Shown here in pieces: positions 45,502 through 58,069 of a stretch of DNA of 64,000 nucleotides. This DNA comes from Balamuthia mandrillaris. Lineage: Eukaryota. The stretch lies in the NCBI GenBank assembly GCA_031835245.2, contig JAVKOQ020000008.1:124001-188000 (forward strand), read 5' to 3'. Made by a program: the position numbers and the translations under genes. Under the pieces are notes generated by a model, which was not told the DNA's origin, made no database searches, and saw only the letters and a list, made by a program, of their open reading frames with translations. Numbering within the stretch: the stretch's first letter is position 1; every line of letters begins with the position of its first letter.

Positions 45502-46135
45502 ATGAAAGAAGAAGAAGATCAACTGACTTTGGTGGAGGCTGCGGAGGCTGGCTTGCTGGCGGAGGTGGAGAGGTTACTGCGAAAAGAAGGTGCGGATGTA
45601 AATCAAGTGGAAGTAGATGACGAAGACGAAGATGATGAAGAAGGGGCTAAACGGGAAGGGACGGCAACGGCGTCGGTCCGAAGAGGAACGACTGCGTTGC
45701 ATTGGGCAGCGTTGAGGGGGAACATGCCGATGGTAGAGCTCCTTTTGGAGGCCGGAGCCGATGTGGCCATACCCGATGAGAAAGGAAACACGGCCTTGCA
45801 TTCAGGTTTATAAAACCTCTCTTTCGCTCAACATAACCTATAAGACAAGAATGACTCACGCCCACTATTCTACCTGCTTTCTGCTCTCTTCTTTCTTTTT
45901 CTTTTCTCTTCTTTCTTTCTTTCATACTTTTTTAAAAAAAGCATGCAAAAGAGGCAGAACTGGAGTGGTGGAACGACTGTTGAGACAAGAATTCATAGAG
46001 CTGGAGGTGAACGCCAAGAATGACGCTGGCCGGACGCCTCTCTTTCTGGCCGTCAAGCATGGGCACTTGGCTCTCGTCCCCTCTCTTTGTGCTCATGGGG
46101 CCGATGTTGCCATCCAATGCGGGAAGGATAAGGTT

Positions 46136-46176
<41 letters not shown>

Positions 46177-46444
46177 TCTGCTCTGCTCTTTTCTTCCTCT
46201 CTGCTTTTGGACTGCTGATAGAGAGAGAACGGGATGCAGAGAACGGTGTTGCACTTGGTGGCACAGTCAGAGTCCGTGCCGGTGGAGCTGGTGGAAGATT
46301 TGCTGCGTGATGTACGTCAAGATGCCACTACCTCCACTGCCGTGCTGTGCCGCAAAGACGCTAAAGGAAAAACAGGTATGTAGCTTGCCATCTTTCCTTG
46401 CTTTCTTCTTTCATCCTTTGCCTTTGCTTCCTTCTTCTCATCAG

Positions 46445-46490
<46 letters not shown>

Positions 46491-46791
46491 CACAGCATTA
46501 CATCGAGCCGCCAAAACCGGAAGAAAAGAGATTGTGGAAGCGTTCCTCGCGGCGGGTGCCTCCAGCGAGATGGTCCTCCAAAAGGACCTCCATGGCAGAA
46601 CCCCGGTAGACGTAGCCTTGGAGGGAGGGCACGAGGAGCTGCTCCCCTCCATGTTGGCCGCTGGTGAGCGAAGAGTGCAGGCACTTCGTGGACAAGACAG
46701 AGCGTTAAAGCAGCAGATCGTTTCGCTGGAGAGAGACCTGCGAGTGGCTCGTCAAAGAGAAAGAGAAAGAGAAGGAGGAGGTATGCCATGA
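45502..46791 (+). CDS. Ankyrin repeat protein (canonical eukaryotic type), 4 exons
   Basis: GTTALHWAALRGN, GNTALHSA, GRTPLFLAVKHGH, GRTPVDVA; C-terminal coiled coil. Confidence 0.85.
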
Positions 46792-46849
46792 CCTCGCTTC
46801 TTTATCTTCTTCTCTGTTATGTACATCTGTAGAATGAAGAGAAAGCAAA

Positions 46850-47512
46850 CTACTTTGAAGTCAAGTAGTAGTTGAGAAGGTACCAAAGGCAGAAGAATAT
46901 GATGACCACAACACCGATGAAGGCCAGCATCTGTTTGGTGGTGGCCGTTTTGGTCATTTCGGTCAGCCGGGTGGCGGTGCCTTTGAGCATGACCCCTGTG
47001 GACTGGATGCCGCTCTCCATTTGCTCCAACAAACTGTTGCTCTCTCGAATGTCACCTTGTATTCCTTGAGCCAGCTTTTGTTTTTTGGGTTTTGGAACGA
47101 GAAAAGTGAGAAGAAGAAGAACAAGAACAACAAGAAGAACAAGAAGAAGAACAAGAACAAGAAGAACAACAACAACAAGAAGAACAAGAACAAGAAGACA
47201 AGAACAAGAACAGGCAGTCAGAAAAAGGTGTGGTATACCTCTTTTACGAAACCAATTTTAGAGACCATGTTGGTCAAGTATCGGTCGTTGTCCTCTTCCA
47301 AGAGCTGGTCCGTTTGGGCTTGCAGCAAATCTCGTTCCCTGTCTCTGGGTCCACCGCCATCCCCGCCTAACAACAACGAACGAGACTGGCGTGCTTGCCC
47401 TCTAACGAGGTCCGAAAAAAAAAAGAGGTGAAGAGTCAAACGTTACTTTGAGCAACAAAAAAAAAAACTTCTTGACCAAAGGCCTTACTTACCTTGCAAA
47501 AGGAGAGGTCAT
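46850..47512 (-). CDS. BET1: Bet1-like Qc-SNARE
   Basis: LEEDNDRYLTNMVSKIGFVKELAQGIQGDIRESNSLLEQM SNARE motif plus C-terminal TM. Confidence 0.75.
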
Positions 47513-47712
47513 CTTGCTTTCTTCACTTTTTTGCTTTCTTCTTCGCAGTCTGTAAGTTACGTGTCGTCACGGAGATTTTTAATTGTTATCATGCCAGTCA
47601 TTCTTTTCATACATTTCATTCCTTTAATGTTTTGAATTGCAAGCATGTTTTGAATTGTTTGAATTCATAACATTCTAAAGAAGAAAGTAACAGCAGTTGA
47701 GCAGCTAGAAGC

Positions 47713-48319
47713 ATGAAAGAGGAGAACCATGACATGGCGGTAGAGGTAGAGGAAGAAGAAACAAAAGAGGAGGAGGAGGACGAGGAACAAGCCTTTGATG
47801 AAGAGGAACCAGGAGGAGAAGAGGATGGTGTTGATGAGGAACAAGACGAAACTACAGATTTGGTTGCCATGACGCAACGGCTAAACTCGCAACTGGAGGC
47901 CACGCTACGTTGCGTGCTTCAGCCCTCTGAAGTGAGCGAGTCCTCCACTCCTCTTCCAGAACGAGGTTTCTTTTCTTTTTTTTTTTTCTCCCCTTTCATT
48001 TTTTTTAAAAAGCAAACAAACTCATCCCTTTTTTTTTAAACAAGACATTGACACTCACATAGGAGACTTTCTGCGCTCTGCCAAAGAGCTGGAGCTGGCC
48101 TTGGGGGCCGTCCACCAAACGCTGCTCTCCGACCCCAAGACGGCGCTCCAGCACGAGATCCACCTGCTGCAGAGGGAGCTGGCCGTCAAGGACGCCCTCC
48201 TCGCCAAGTACCGCGACAAGAGCCAACGGTGGGAGCAAACCTTTGCCAAGCTGCTGGACGAGCAAAACTCGGTTGTTCTGCCACAACAAGCCCATGCGAT
48301 ACAAGAGAACAGCAGTTAA
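47713..48319 (+). CDS. MED28: Mediator subunit 28-like
   Basis: FLRSAKELE..DPKTALQHEIHLLQRELAVKDALLAKYRDKSQRW resembles the MED28 pattern FLDIARQTE..KEDVSELRNELQRKDALVQKH..W. Confidence 0.65.
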
Positions 48320-48678
48320 GCATTGTAATTATTATTATTATTATTATTGTTTTGTTGCATTGTTTGTTGTGTCTGTTTGTTGTTTTGTTCTGCTTGTTTT
48401 GTTTTGTTATCCTCCTCTTCTCCTCTGGAGGAGGCATCGGTGAAGAGCCTTTGAGCAGCAGCACCTTAAGAGGATGGCGGACCTCTGTTCAAAAGAATGG
48501 TGGAAGATGAACTCGTGCTTTTTTTGTAATCTGTACTGGAAGTCAGCAAACACCAACAACAACATAACGTTGGAAAGGCCAACACCTGAACCAATCCTTG
48601 TCACCGGACCTTCCTTCAGTGCTTCAGTTTTTTTTCAAATCTTTGTCTGCACGCTTGCTCTGCTTCCTGGGAGCCTAA

Positions 48679-48838
48679 ACGATTATTTATGCTCTGACGT
48701 TTGGCCAGCTCCGTGCTCTTGCCGACTGCGACCTCTCCAACAACAGGCTGAGCTCCTTGCCGACAGAGTTTGGCCAGCTCACTGCTCTCACTCACTGCAA
48801 CCTGTCCGACAACAAGCTGAGCTCCTTGACGAGATAGG
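48679..48838 (+). pseudogene. Orphan fragment of two 23-aa leucine-rich repeats
   Basis: FGQLRALADCDLSNNRLSSLPTEFGQLTALTHCNLSDNKLSSL, then a frameshift/stop; no ATG; 69-bp tandem unit. Confidence 0.65.
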
Positions 48839-49050
48839 CACGGTTGTTCCTGAGCGGTGATTCCTTGGGCTTCCCTCTGTTCTCCTCCTCTTGTTGTTCA
48901 TCCTTACTGGAGAGAAGGAGTATTCTGTGTAGAAGGAGTGGGGGGGGGTAGGGTGAATGCAGAAGAATGGATGTTAGCCAGAGGAGAGAGGGGCCGGCGG
49001 GGGTGCCGAATGCTTGGTTCAGCGGTTACTTCGTTGCATTGCTTTGTAAT

Positions 49051-49146
49051 TCAGATTTATTGGCGTCAGCTTCGTAGGTTCGAATCCTACCCCCCGCAAC
49101 AACACCGGCGCGGGGGTGGCCGAGTGGTTAAGGCGATAAATTATAT
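49051..49146 (+). tRNA. Type-II (Leu-like) tRNA halves in permuted order: 3' half about 49054-49098, 5' half from 49110; anticodon unresolved
   Basis: TTTAT-variable arm-GTAGG TTCGAAT CCTAC-CCCCCGC-A, an 11-nt spacer, then GCGGGGG TG GCCGAGTGGTTAAGGC G ATAAA; acceptor stem 7/7 and anticodon stem 5/5 pair across the halves; T-run at 49187-49196. Confidence 0.55.
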
Positions 49147-49239
49147 AACATTTACCGCGGACGCTACCATCACACACCCTTGCTTGTTTTTTTTTTCTCC
49201 TTTCTTTTCTTTTCTTTTCTTTGTTTATTCCTATATTCT

Positions 49240-49355
49240 TTATTTTTATTTTATTTTATTTTATTTTATTTTATTTTATTTTATTTTATTTTATTTTATT
49301 TTATTTTATATTATTTTATTTTATTTTATTTTATATTATTTTATTTTATTTTTAT
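49240..49355. repeat. (TTTTA)n microsatellite
   Basis: Direct reading. Confidence 0.9.
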
Positions 49356-49544
49356 TTTTTTCTGTATAACCAATTCGTGTCGTCACGAAATTAATGTCGA
49401 CAAGGATAAACGCTTACCGAGCAACCTATTAGAAGTCAATGATGTAATAGGTGAGATCTTCCCGCCAAAAAAAAAATTGACAAAAAAGAAAGAAATAAAA
49501 GTAGTAATTTTTATATTTTATTTTATTGTGAGAAGAGAACGAAG

Positions 49545-51299
49545 ATGTCGCAAGATCCTCTGTCTCCTTCGCCACCGCTCAGCCAGGAGTCGGGCTCTTC
49601 TTCCTCTCAAAGCTCTCAAGGTAAAAAAAAAAATTGTTCTTGTTTTGTTTGGAGTTATTTTTTTGGGATTGGATGAAAGTGTTTGTTCGATGAGAGATGA
49701 GATGATCGGCATCTAATAACCCCTTTTAACAAACAAAAGGAACGCCAGTGTATGACTCTCCGAGTCCTCTTTGGTCGGATGCAATCGCCAAGATACGAAG
49801 GGAGTCCATCCGTCGCTTCAGCCAACAGATGAGAAGAAGAGAGAGCAACAGCGCCGCCAGCACGCCCTCTTCCTCTCAGGAAGGGGCATCCACCAAAGGA
49901 ACCCCTTCCTCTCCTTCGCAACATGGCAAACGAGCCGCAAAGACGAAACGTTTTGCTGCTCGCAAAGACAAACCGCGACCACCAAAGGAATCGCAAGCAG
50001 AAGAAGGAATAGAAGAAGAGGAAGATGCAGGAGGGGAGTCGTTTGCCGTTGATCCGGCTCCGCTTCGGCAGGGCTCGTCGATGGAGGAAGAAACAGGAGC
50101 AGAAACACATGAAGCAACAGAGAAGAGAGCAGAGGAAGAAGAGTTTTATTCTGCCTCTTCTGATGTGAGCGACTTTGAGGACCTGGGCGACCCGCTCGAT
50201 GACTATCCTGACCTCTCTTCGGTTGCTTCTGACAAAGAGGCAGAAGAAGTAGAACAAGAAGCCAAAAGCAAAGAAGATGAGGACAAAGAGAAGGAAGGGG
50301 AGGAAAGGGAGAAAGAGACGTTGAAAGAAAAGGAGCAGAAGAAAAGGATGGGAGGGACTATGGCAGAAGAAACGGTTGCTAAAGGAGACGAAGCAGCAGG
50401 AGAAGAAGAAGAGGAAGAAGCAGCAGCCAAAGAAAAAGAGAAGGAAAAGGAGAAAGAAAAGAAGAGAAGGATGGAAGGGGCAATGGAGGAAGAAGAAGAA
50501 GAGGAAGAAGAGGAGGAGGAGCCAGTTGAACAAGAAGGAGAAGGAGATGAAGAGGACAGTGTCTTGACGCAAGCTACCACTTCCTTCGAGATGAATGATA
50601 CACAACCCATGCAAGAAGAGGTTGACGAAGAAAACGACTCAGAAGTAGAAGAAGAAGGAGAAGACGAGGAAGAACAAATGGCTGAACCACAACAAAAAGC
50701 GACAAGCTCGCAGCATCAAAAACAACAGCAACAAGAGCAACAACAGAAACCAACGAAAGGCAAAGAAGCTGAGCAAAAAGAGAAAGAAAAGCCGACAACA
50801 CCAACAACTTCCACAATAACAAGTAAAACTCGAAGAACCAACAAAGCACGAATGTCTCGCTCGAAGAGAGCAGGGTTGGTTATGCCGGTCTCTCGTGTTG
50901 GAAACCAGTTGAGAGAACACAAGTTGGCTCGTCACATTGGTGGCAATGCTGATATCTACCTCGCTGCTGTGTTGGAGTATCTCTGCGCAGAAGTGTTGGA
51001 GCTTTCAGGTTTGTCCTCCTCTCATTCCCTATTCTTGTTCTCTCCTTCCCTCCACCTTCGTCATTGAAATAATGGCTGACAAGAAAACCGAAACCACAGG
51101 AAACGTATGTAGAGACCACAAAAAGAAGATAATAGGCCCACGGCACGTGCAACTTGCCCTTCGCACCGACGAAGAGCTTTCCGTTCTCTGCAAAGAGGTG
51201 TGGATACCAGCTGGTGGTGTTATACCTGCCATTCACTCCTTCCTGCTTCCTAAACAATCTACCAAGAAAACCTCCTCCTCCCCTTCATCACAGAAATAA
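49545..51299 (+). CDS. Histone H2A-domain protein with a ~390-aa acidic N-terminal extension, 3 exons
   Basis: [66 protein letters not shown]; continuous frame from 49740; in-phase introns. Confidence 0.85.
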
Positions 51300-51359
51300 A
51301 GCTTTGTACAAAATGGAACAGAAAACGACGAAAGTGAAAGTGAAAGTGAAAGTGAAAGC

Positions 51360-51404
<45 letters not shown>

Positions 51405-51426
51405 GTACAATCGTCAAACGATGGAA

Positions 51427-52376
51427 TCACTTTTTGTTTCTTTTTCCAAAAGTTCTTTCCAACTTTTTGCTCCACCGAATTCTTGGACTACGTTTGGTTC
51501 GGTTGAGCCGCTCCATTTTGCTCTGGTTGTCCTGCCAGTACAATGTGGAGAGCTGTTGGAGGATCTCGCTGAAAGCCGGCCGAGCGTGCGTTTGTTGGCT
51601 CCAACAAACTCGGATGAGTTGGTGAATGGTGGAGAGCGCTTGCTGTTGCACGCTTGGGTCTTTATTGAACCGTTCTCTCACACGAGCCTCTTGTTTTTGT
51701 TTTCTTTTGAGTCGCTTTCTTTCTTCTTCATCAATGTCGTCTCCTTCTCCTTCTTCATCTTCCTCATCTTCTTCGTCTTCTTCTCCTTCTTCGTCATATT
51801 CATCCTCATCTTCTTTACTCTCTTCTGAATTGTTGTTATCATTTTGTTTATCTTTTGAAGGTGATAAAGAAGAAGATGATGGAGAAGTAGAAGTGTTGAC
51901 GGTGAAGAGTCGAGAGAGAGAAGGGCGTTGGCCGTTAATGACCATTTTGGTGATGGTGGTGATGTCCAGGTCTTGGTAGGGCCGCTCCTCTGTGAACAGT
52001 TGATAGAGAAACATGCCGTAGCTGTACACATCAGACTTTTCTGTAAACGGCTTTTCTCCTGTTAACACTAAAGTGCATAGGTTTGAAACAACGAGTCAAA
52101 AACGTTGCAGCAATGGAGAAGCAATAGCAAGGAAAATGCAAACCTTCTGGAGCAGTACAAGGGAAGTAAAGGGTTGCAGAGAGGGCGTCATCCTCATTGG
52201 AGGCTATCTTGCCATCCCAATGGTGCGTGCATTGAGTGCTCAGCCCAAAGTCGTTTAACTTTACCACCCACGGATTCTTGTTGAATACCTATTGGTTACT
52301 TAGTTAACTTTTTTTAATGCTTCTTCTTGTTCTTCTTGTTCTTCTTGTTCTTCTTCTTTTTCTTCTTCTTCTTCTT

Positions 52377-52410
<34 letters not shown>

Positions 52411-52840
52411 ATTCTTTTGTTTGACCGTATACTCCTGAGAATGCGTGAGAGAGAGAAGCAAACCAAAATATTGTGGCTTTTCAAGTCGCAATGCAGCACG
52501 GAGGCAGTGTGAAGTTCGTTCATGCCTTTGGCTACTTCTAATGCTATTTTGAGCTTGTCTGCCAGTTCAATATGCTCTTCTTCCAGGGCACGCGCCAAGT
52601 CTTTGATATTTGTCACGACAAGCAAACGCTCAGAACGAAGCAGAGTGAAGTCGAAAAAGAGAGAAGAGAAACCAGAGAAGATGAAGAGTACCTCCAAACG
52701 GAGCATATTCTGTCACCAATAGGCTCACACCAGAAAGAATGCATACACCATAGTACCGCACACAATGCTTCAACTCAAAAGAACTGTTTATTAACGATTC
52801 TGGTCAGTTCAATCATTGTTTTCGTTCTTGTTGCATTGAC

Positions 52841-52889
<49 letters not shown>

Positions 52890-54808
52890 CTAAGTATACC
52901 AACTTCCTGACAAAACTTCTCTATGGAAGGAATGCCCTTCACAGCAACTGTCGTTCCTTTATATGTTGCTCTAAAGACCATTCCTTTGTTTTTTTAAAAA
53001 AGATGAACATAAGAAAAAGAATGAAACAACACATCTACAATGAATGAACGAACCTTGAGCACCAGCCCCAAGAGGACAATCCCAATCGATGTCCAAGTCA
53101 TCAATCGATATGAGTTGAATGGAACCCGCTTTTGCAACCACCACTCCATCATTCGATGAAGAAGATAGCGAAGATGAAGAGGAGGAAGAAGCAGAGGAAG
53201 AAGAGGAAGAAAGATAGAGCTTGTTGTGGCTAGCAAAGCTGTTCTTTTTGGAGAACAAGTCGGAGAGAAAGTGAAGAACGACCGCTTGATTGCCGGCGTT
53301 GTTGAGCTTGTGAAGAGGAGGACGAAAGGGATTGTCTCCCAAGTAAAGAAAGGAGAGGGTGGGTGCTAAACGTTGGAGAGATATTGGCAGCGTGGTCAGT
53401 TTGTTGTTGGAAAGATTGAGAGAAGTGAGTTGCATTGTTGAGAACAGAACAGGAGTTGCATTACTGTCATGCGATTGTTGTTGTTGTTTGGTGTAAGACG
53501 AAGAAGATAAAGAAGGGTCAGAATGAGAAAGAATAAGTCGAGAAGAAGGGGGAAGAGAAGAAGCAGAAAGAGAGGTAGTTGGTAAAGCAGTTGATGAAGA
53601 TAAGGCGGCAAATGAAGATGAAGAGGAAAATGATAACTGTTTTGGTGGCAAGGAAGAAGAAGAAGCACAAGAAGCAGACGAAGAAGCAGAACAGACTTCT
53701 TCCTCTGCAATAGAAGAGATGCGATTGTAGCTAAGGTTGAGGGAAAGCAGAGAAGTGAGACTGAGAGTCGGGAAGGCGCTACAGAGGTTGTTGTGAGAGA
53801 GGTCCAAGAAAGTGAGGCTGGAAAGCTGTGTCAACTCTCTTGGAAGAACGTATAAGAGGTTGTTGGAGAGGTCCAACCGACAGAGATTCGAGAAGCTGTT
53901 TCGTTGAGCTGAAGAGGAGGAGGAAGAGAGAGGTAATGGCACGGTGGTGAAGTTGTTGAAGTGAAGGTCTAGATCGAGGACAGTCTCCCATGTCTGGAAG
54001 AAGTCTGGCAGGGAACGAAGTCCTCTTTGGCTCCAGTCGATTCGTTTCACTGTTCTCATTGTTTATTATGTTAAGAACTCCATAGAGAAGAGAGACGGAG
54101 AGAACAAGAGAACGAGCAAAAGCAGAGAAGAAAGAGAGGAAGCAGAGAAGAGAAGAGAGAAATACCATCAGGGGTGGAAAGTACAACGGAAGACACACCC
54201 GGCCATTTGCCTTTCAAAGTCTTCACTGCAACATTTTTCAACGTGCGTCCGTTGCTGTTGTGGTGGTTCTTTTTCTTTTTGTTTTTGTGGATAGGAACGG
54301 TCTGAATGGAGGAGAGGTGAAGCGGAGGCGGCGGAGGAGGTGGTGGAGGAAGGAGTGGCGGTGAGGAAGAAGACGAAGACGAAGACGAAGACGATGATGA
54401 AGAAGAAGGAGAAGATGAAGAAGGAGAAGATGAAGAAGAAGAACAACAAGAACAAGAAGAACAAGAAGAACAAGAAGAAAAAGAGGAATGAAAGGCTTCT
54501 CCAGAAGAAACAAAGAGCGAGTCGCGCTCGCACAGCCGCTCATTTAATATGGCCTCGTAGTTGCCGTCGGTGAGCTCGGTGCCGTCCGCCAAGAAGACGC
54601 GAGAGAGGCAAGCGGAAGAGGAAGAAGAATCCGCGGACAGCCGTTTGTTGCACTCGGCCAAAAGCGCCGAGAAAGAGGGCGCCCTGCTGAGAGGAAACAG
54701 CTTGGGGCGAGCATTCGCCGACGAGGCGGAGGAGAGGAGGAGCGTTACGGTCTTGGCTCGTGTTCTTCTGGTATTGTCTTGTTCAATGGGCTCTGCTTCG
54801 CCTTTCAT
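51427..54808 (-). CDS. Cytoplasmic LRR - TKL-family protein kinase with N-terminal DCX/ubiquitin-like module
   Basis: RVFLADGTEL..LFVSSGEAF; LDLSNNLL and LDLSHNNL LRRs; LGAGAQG, VAVK, VLHCDLKSHNIL, DFGLS, APE, KSDVYSYG, ARPAF. Confidence 0.88.
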
Positions 54809-55160
54809 TATACAGTGGAGATGGGTTTGTCTCGAGAGAACTAACTATATACCGACTCGTGAGCGGGGACAAAAGAAAACACATGCATGCAGCCCGTCTC
54901 GCAGGTTTCAAAGTTAAAGTTGATCTTTGGTTTTTTTTCAATATGAGTGCGAACGAAGAAACCTATATGATCGAACCAACAGAAAATCAAAACTTATTAT
55001 CATTATTCGAGACGACATGGAAAATCTCCATCATTGATCGAGCGAATAGAAAATCAAAGTTTTTTACAAGTTTCATGACGTCATGGTTAACCTTTTAATT
55101 CCGTGAAATTTCTCAGTGAAAATTCTGGTTTAAACAAAAAAGAAAAACAAAAAATTTTCA

Positions 55161-58069
55161 ATGGAAGGAAGGAGGAGGCCTCCCGTCATTGATCTCTCTG
55201 TCTCTTCGTTGTCTTCTGGTGAGGAAGAAGAAGAGGAGGAGGAGGAGGAGCAGCATCGGGGATATACCATGGTGGAAGATGGGGGAGCAGGAGACGACGA
55301 TGCCACCGCCGCTAGTGCTGGAGGCAAGCTTGCCTCCTCTCGACGATTGAGAAGGTTGGACCATGCTTTTCGACAAGCAGAAAATGAAGACGAAGCAAAC
55401 CAACGTACTCTCTCTCTCTTTCACTACTCTTTTCATCCTCATCACCTTATTTTTTTAAAAAAAAATTAAAGGTGCAACAAGCCCCTCCTCCTCGGAGGAG
55501 GAGACAACGCAGGCGGAGGCGCAGGCGAAGGCCTACTTGGACGAGCTGCTGGCCAGACAGCTGCAAGAAGAGGAGCAACGAAACCGACGCAGGAAGCACC
55601 ACCACCTCGGCAGCCACCTTGCTCACAACAGCAATAATAACGGCTTCCGCTGCTCTTCCCCGCCACAAAAGAACAAGCCTTCAGCGTTTGCTTCGTCTGG
55701 CTCTCCTTCCTCCGCTGCTTCTCCTTCTTGGTCAGAACCTCGACGACGAATGGCTGGCTCCTCTGCTTCGTCCACGTCAGCGTCGTGGCGGCAAGGCAAG
55801 GACAAGGACAATGACACCCACAATGGTGGTGCTTGTGGAAGAGGAAGAGGGGAAAGAAGAGGAGAGAATAACAGAGAACGAAACGGGGGGACGGTGGGTC
55901 ATACGCCTGCTTCTTCTTTTATTCCAGCATCGCAATTGAATGGAAAGGGAGGAGGAGGGAGCGGAAGAGGAAAGACGACAACAAGGAAAACCAACAACGG
56001 CAACAGAAGACAGCAAGAGTTGACTTTTGAGCCTCTGCGCAATGACGCTGCTCGAAGAAGACAACACCAACGCTCTTTATCACCTCGTTCTGCTTCTTCT
56101 TCCTCTGCTTCTCCGTCTTCTTCTCCTAGATTAGCCAAAGTCACAACAACATCCACCAACGGAAGAAATACGAGAACTGAGTATTCTTCTTCAGGAAGGA
56201 CTGATTATGAGGCAGAGCATCAGAAACAGCTGGACAAACAGGCACGACGATTGGACCTAAATCGCTTGCAGCAGTATCGCACTGAAGTGTTGCGACGGTA
56301 CTGCGAGCTGGAAGGCCTCGTTGTGCGGGGCACCGCAGGAAGAAGACAAAACTATGTGAACGCCATCTTGGAACATAACCAAGATATTATCGTTGGAGGC
56401 AGCAACAAAAACAACAGTCATGAAAATGAAGTTGAAGAGGAGGAAGCAGAAGAGGAACTGGAGGAAGAGGATGATTGTACCATTGAAGAAGAGGAGGAAG
56501 AAGAAGCAAAAGGGAGGGAAGAGAAGGAGATGGAAGAGGCAAGGGAGAGAATAAGGGCAGAGATACATAGAGCTATGAGTCCCCTTTGGGCCAAATGGGA
56601 AAGCACTCCTTCCTCCCCACCACAACCTTCGTCACATGGTCGACAAAGCCAAGAAGAAGCTTATAAAAACAACAGAATGCTGCCAAATCAACCTCGAGTT
56701 CATAGTGCAGCACCTTCTTCGTCTTCAACTTCTTCTTCGGCAACAGATACTATGGAAGTACAGCAGACAACGCCATCAGGATCATCGATGGAAGAGGACT
56801 TGGCGTTGGCCAGAGCTTTGGCGGAGCTCGAAGAAAAGGAGGAAAGAGAGCTATTACAGGCTCAACGAATCGCGGAAGAGGAGGAACGACGTGAGATGGA
56901 GCGACAACGACAAAGCGCAATGATGGAAGAAGAAAGACGGGCAGAAGAAGAAGAGCTTCAACAAACTCTTCGTCTCATCGCCGAAGTTGAAGAAAGAGAA
57001 CGACGCGAGAGAGAAGAAAGACAAGAACAACAAACATCATCATCGTCATCATCTTCATCAACAACAACAACGACATCAACTACGAACACAGGGATGGAAA
57101 TGGAGCTAGGAAATAGTGCAGCAATAGAGGATGAGGAACTTGCTTTGGCTTTGCAAGCCTCAGAGGCGAGGGCTTTGGCTGATGAAGAGCTTGCACGGGC
57201 TCTTCAGCAACAGTTTGAACGAGAAGAACGTGAACGGTTGATACGCGGTTCGTCTACTATTCTCTTTTTTTTCTTCTTCATCTTCTCCTTCTTCTTTCTT
57301 TTATTCTCTTCTCTCATTTTTCGTTTCTCTTTTTTGTTGTCCTGCTATTCGTATTTCTAACGTGCGTTTCTTTCTCTCAACTTGACAGAACAAACGGAGA
57401 GTCTTCGCAACCGACTTAACGCCTTACGACACATTCCTGATGACGATGGTGATGCCGCTGACGATTCTGGGGTCATCCATTTCCATTCTCTCTCCTCAGC
57501 CAGTCAATACACAGATCGCTATGGCAGAGAGAGAACTTCTCCACTTCATTCTCCACCTTCTCATCGTCGCCAGTATCGGAACTCTCGTGCTTATAATCAG
57601 TATCGAAGAGGCGGAGACAACATCGATCCAGACTCGATGTCTTATGAGGAGCTTTTGGCCTTGGGAGAGCGATTGGGCGAAGTGAAGAAGAGAGGAGTGT
57701 CGATGGTCACCATTCGCGCCAACTCACAGGTGTACAACTACAAGAAGCAAGAGAGCGGAAACAGTTCTTCCTCCACTTCGGATTGTACAAGGTGCGTAAG
57801 AGTGTGAAGTGTTGAAATTGAGAAGAGATGAGTTGGAAGAGAGAAGCGGAGGCCAGAAGAGAGAGAAGTTGTTGTCACATTTCGTTCTCTTACCAACTTG
57901 TTTCTTTTTGCTGAATAGTTGCAGCATATGCTTGGCGGACTTTGAGGATGGCGACGAGGTTCGGCTGTTGCCTTGTTTGCATTCCTACCATAGGGAGTGC
58001 GTGGACAAGTGGCTTCAGCAGCAAAGCACCTGCCCGGTGTGTAAACACTCGCTCAAAGCGGATGAGTGA
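55161..58069 (+). CDS. RING-H2 E3 ubiquitin ligase with several UIM/MIU-like motifs
   Basis: DELLARQLQEEE, EDEELALALQAS, DEELARALQ; DPDSMSYEELLALGERLG; CSICLADFEDGDEVRLLPCLHSYHRECVDKWL..CPVC. Confidence 0.9.

Noticed and set aside
49045..49061. Selenocysteine tRNA, from TCA in the loop context
   Set aside because: 7/5 acceptor/T geometry, A73 discriminator and short D-stem do not fit tRNA-Sec; the anticodon is unresolved
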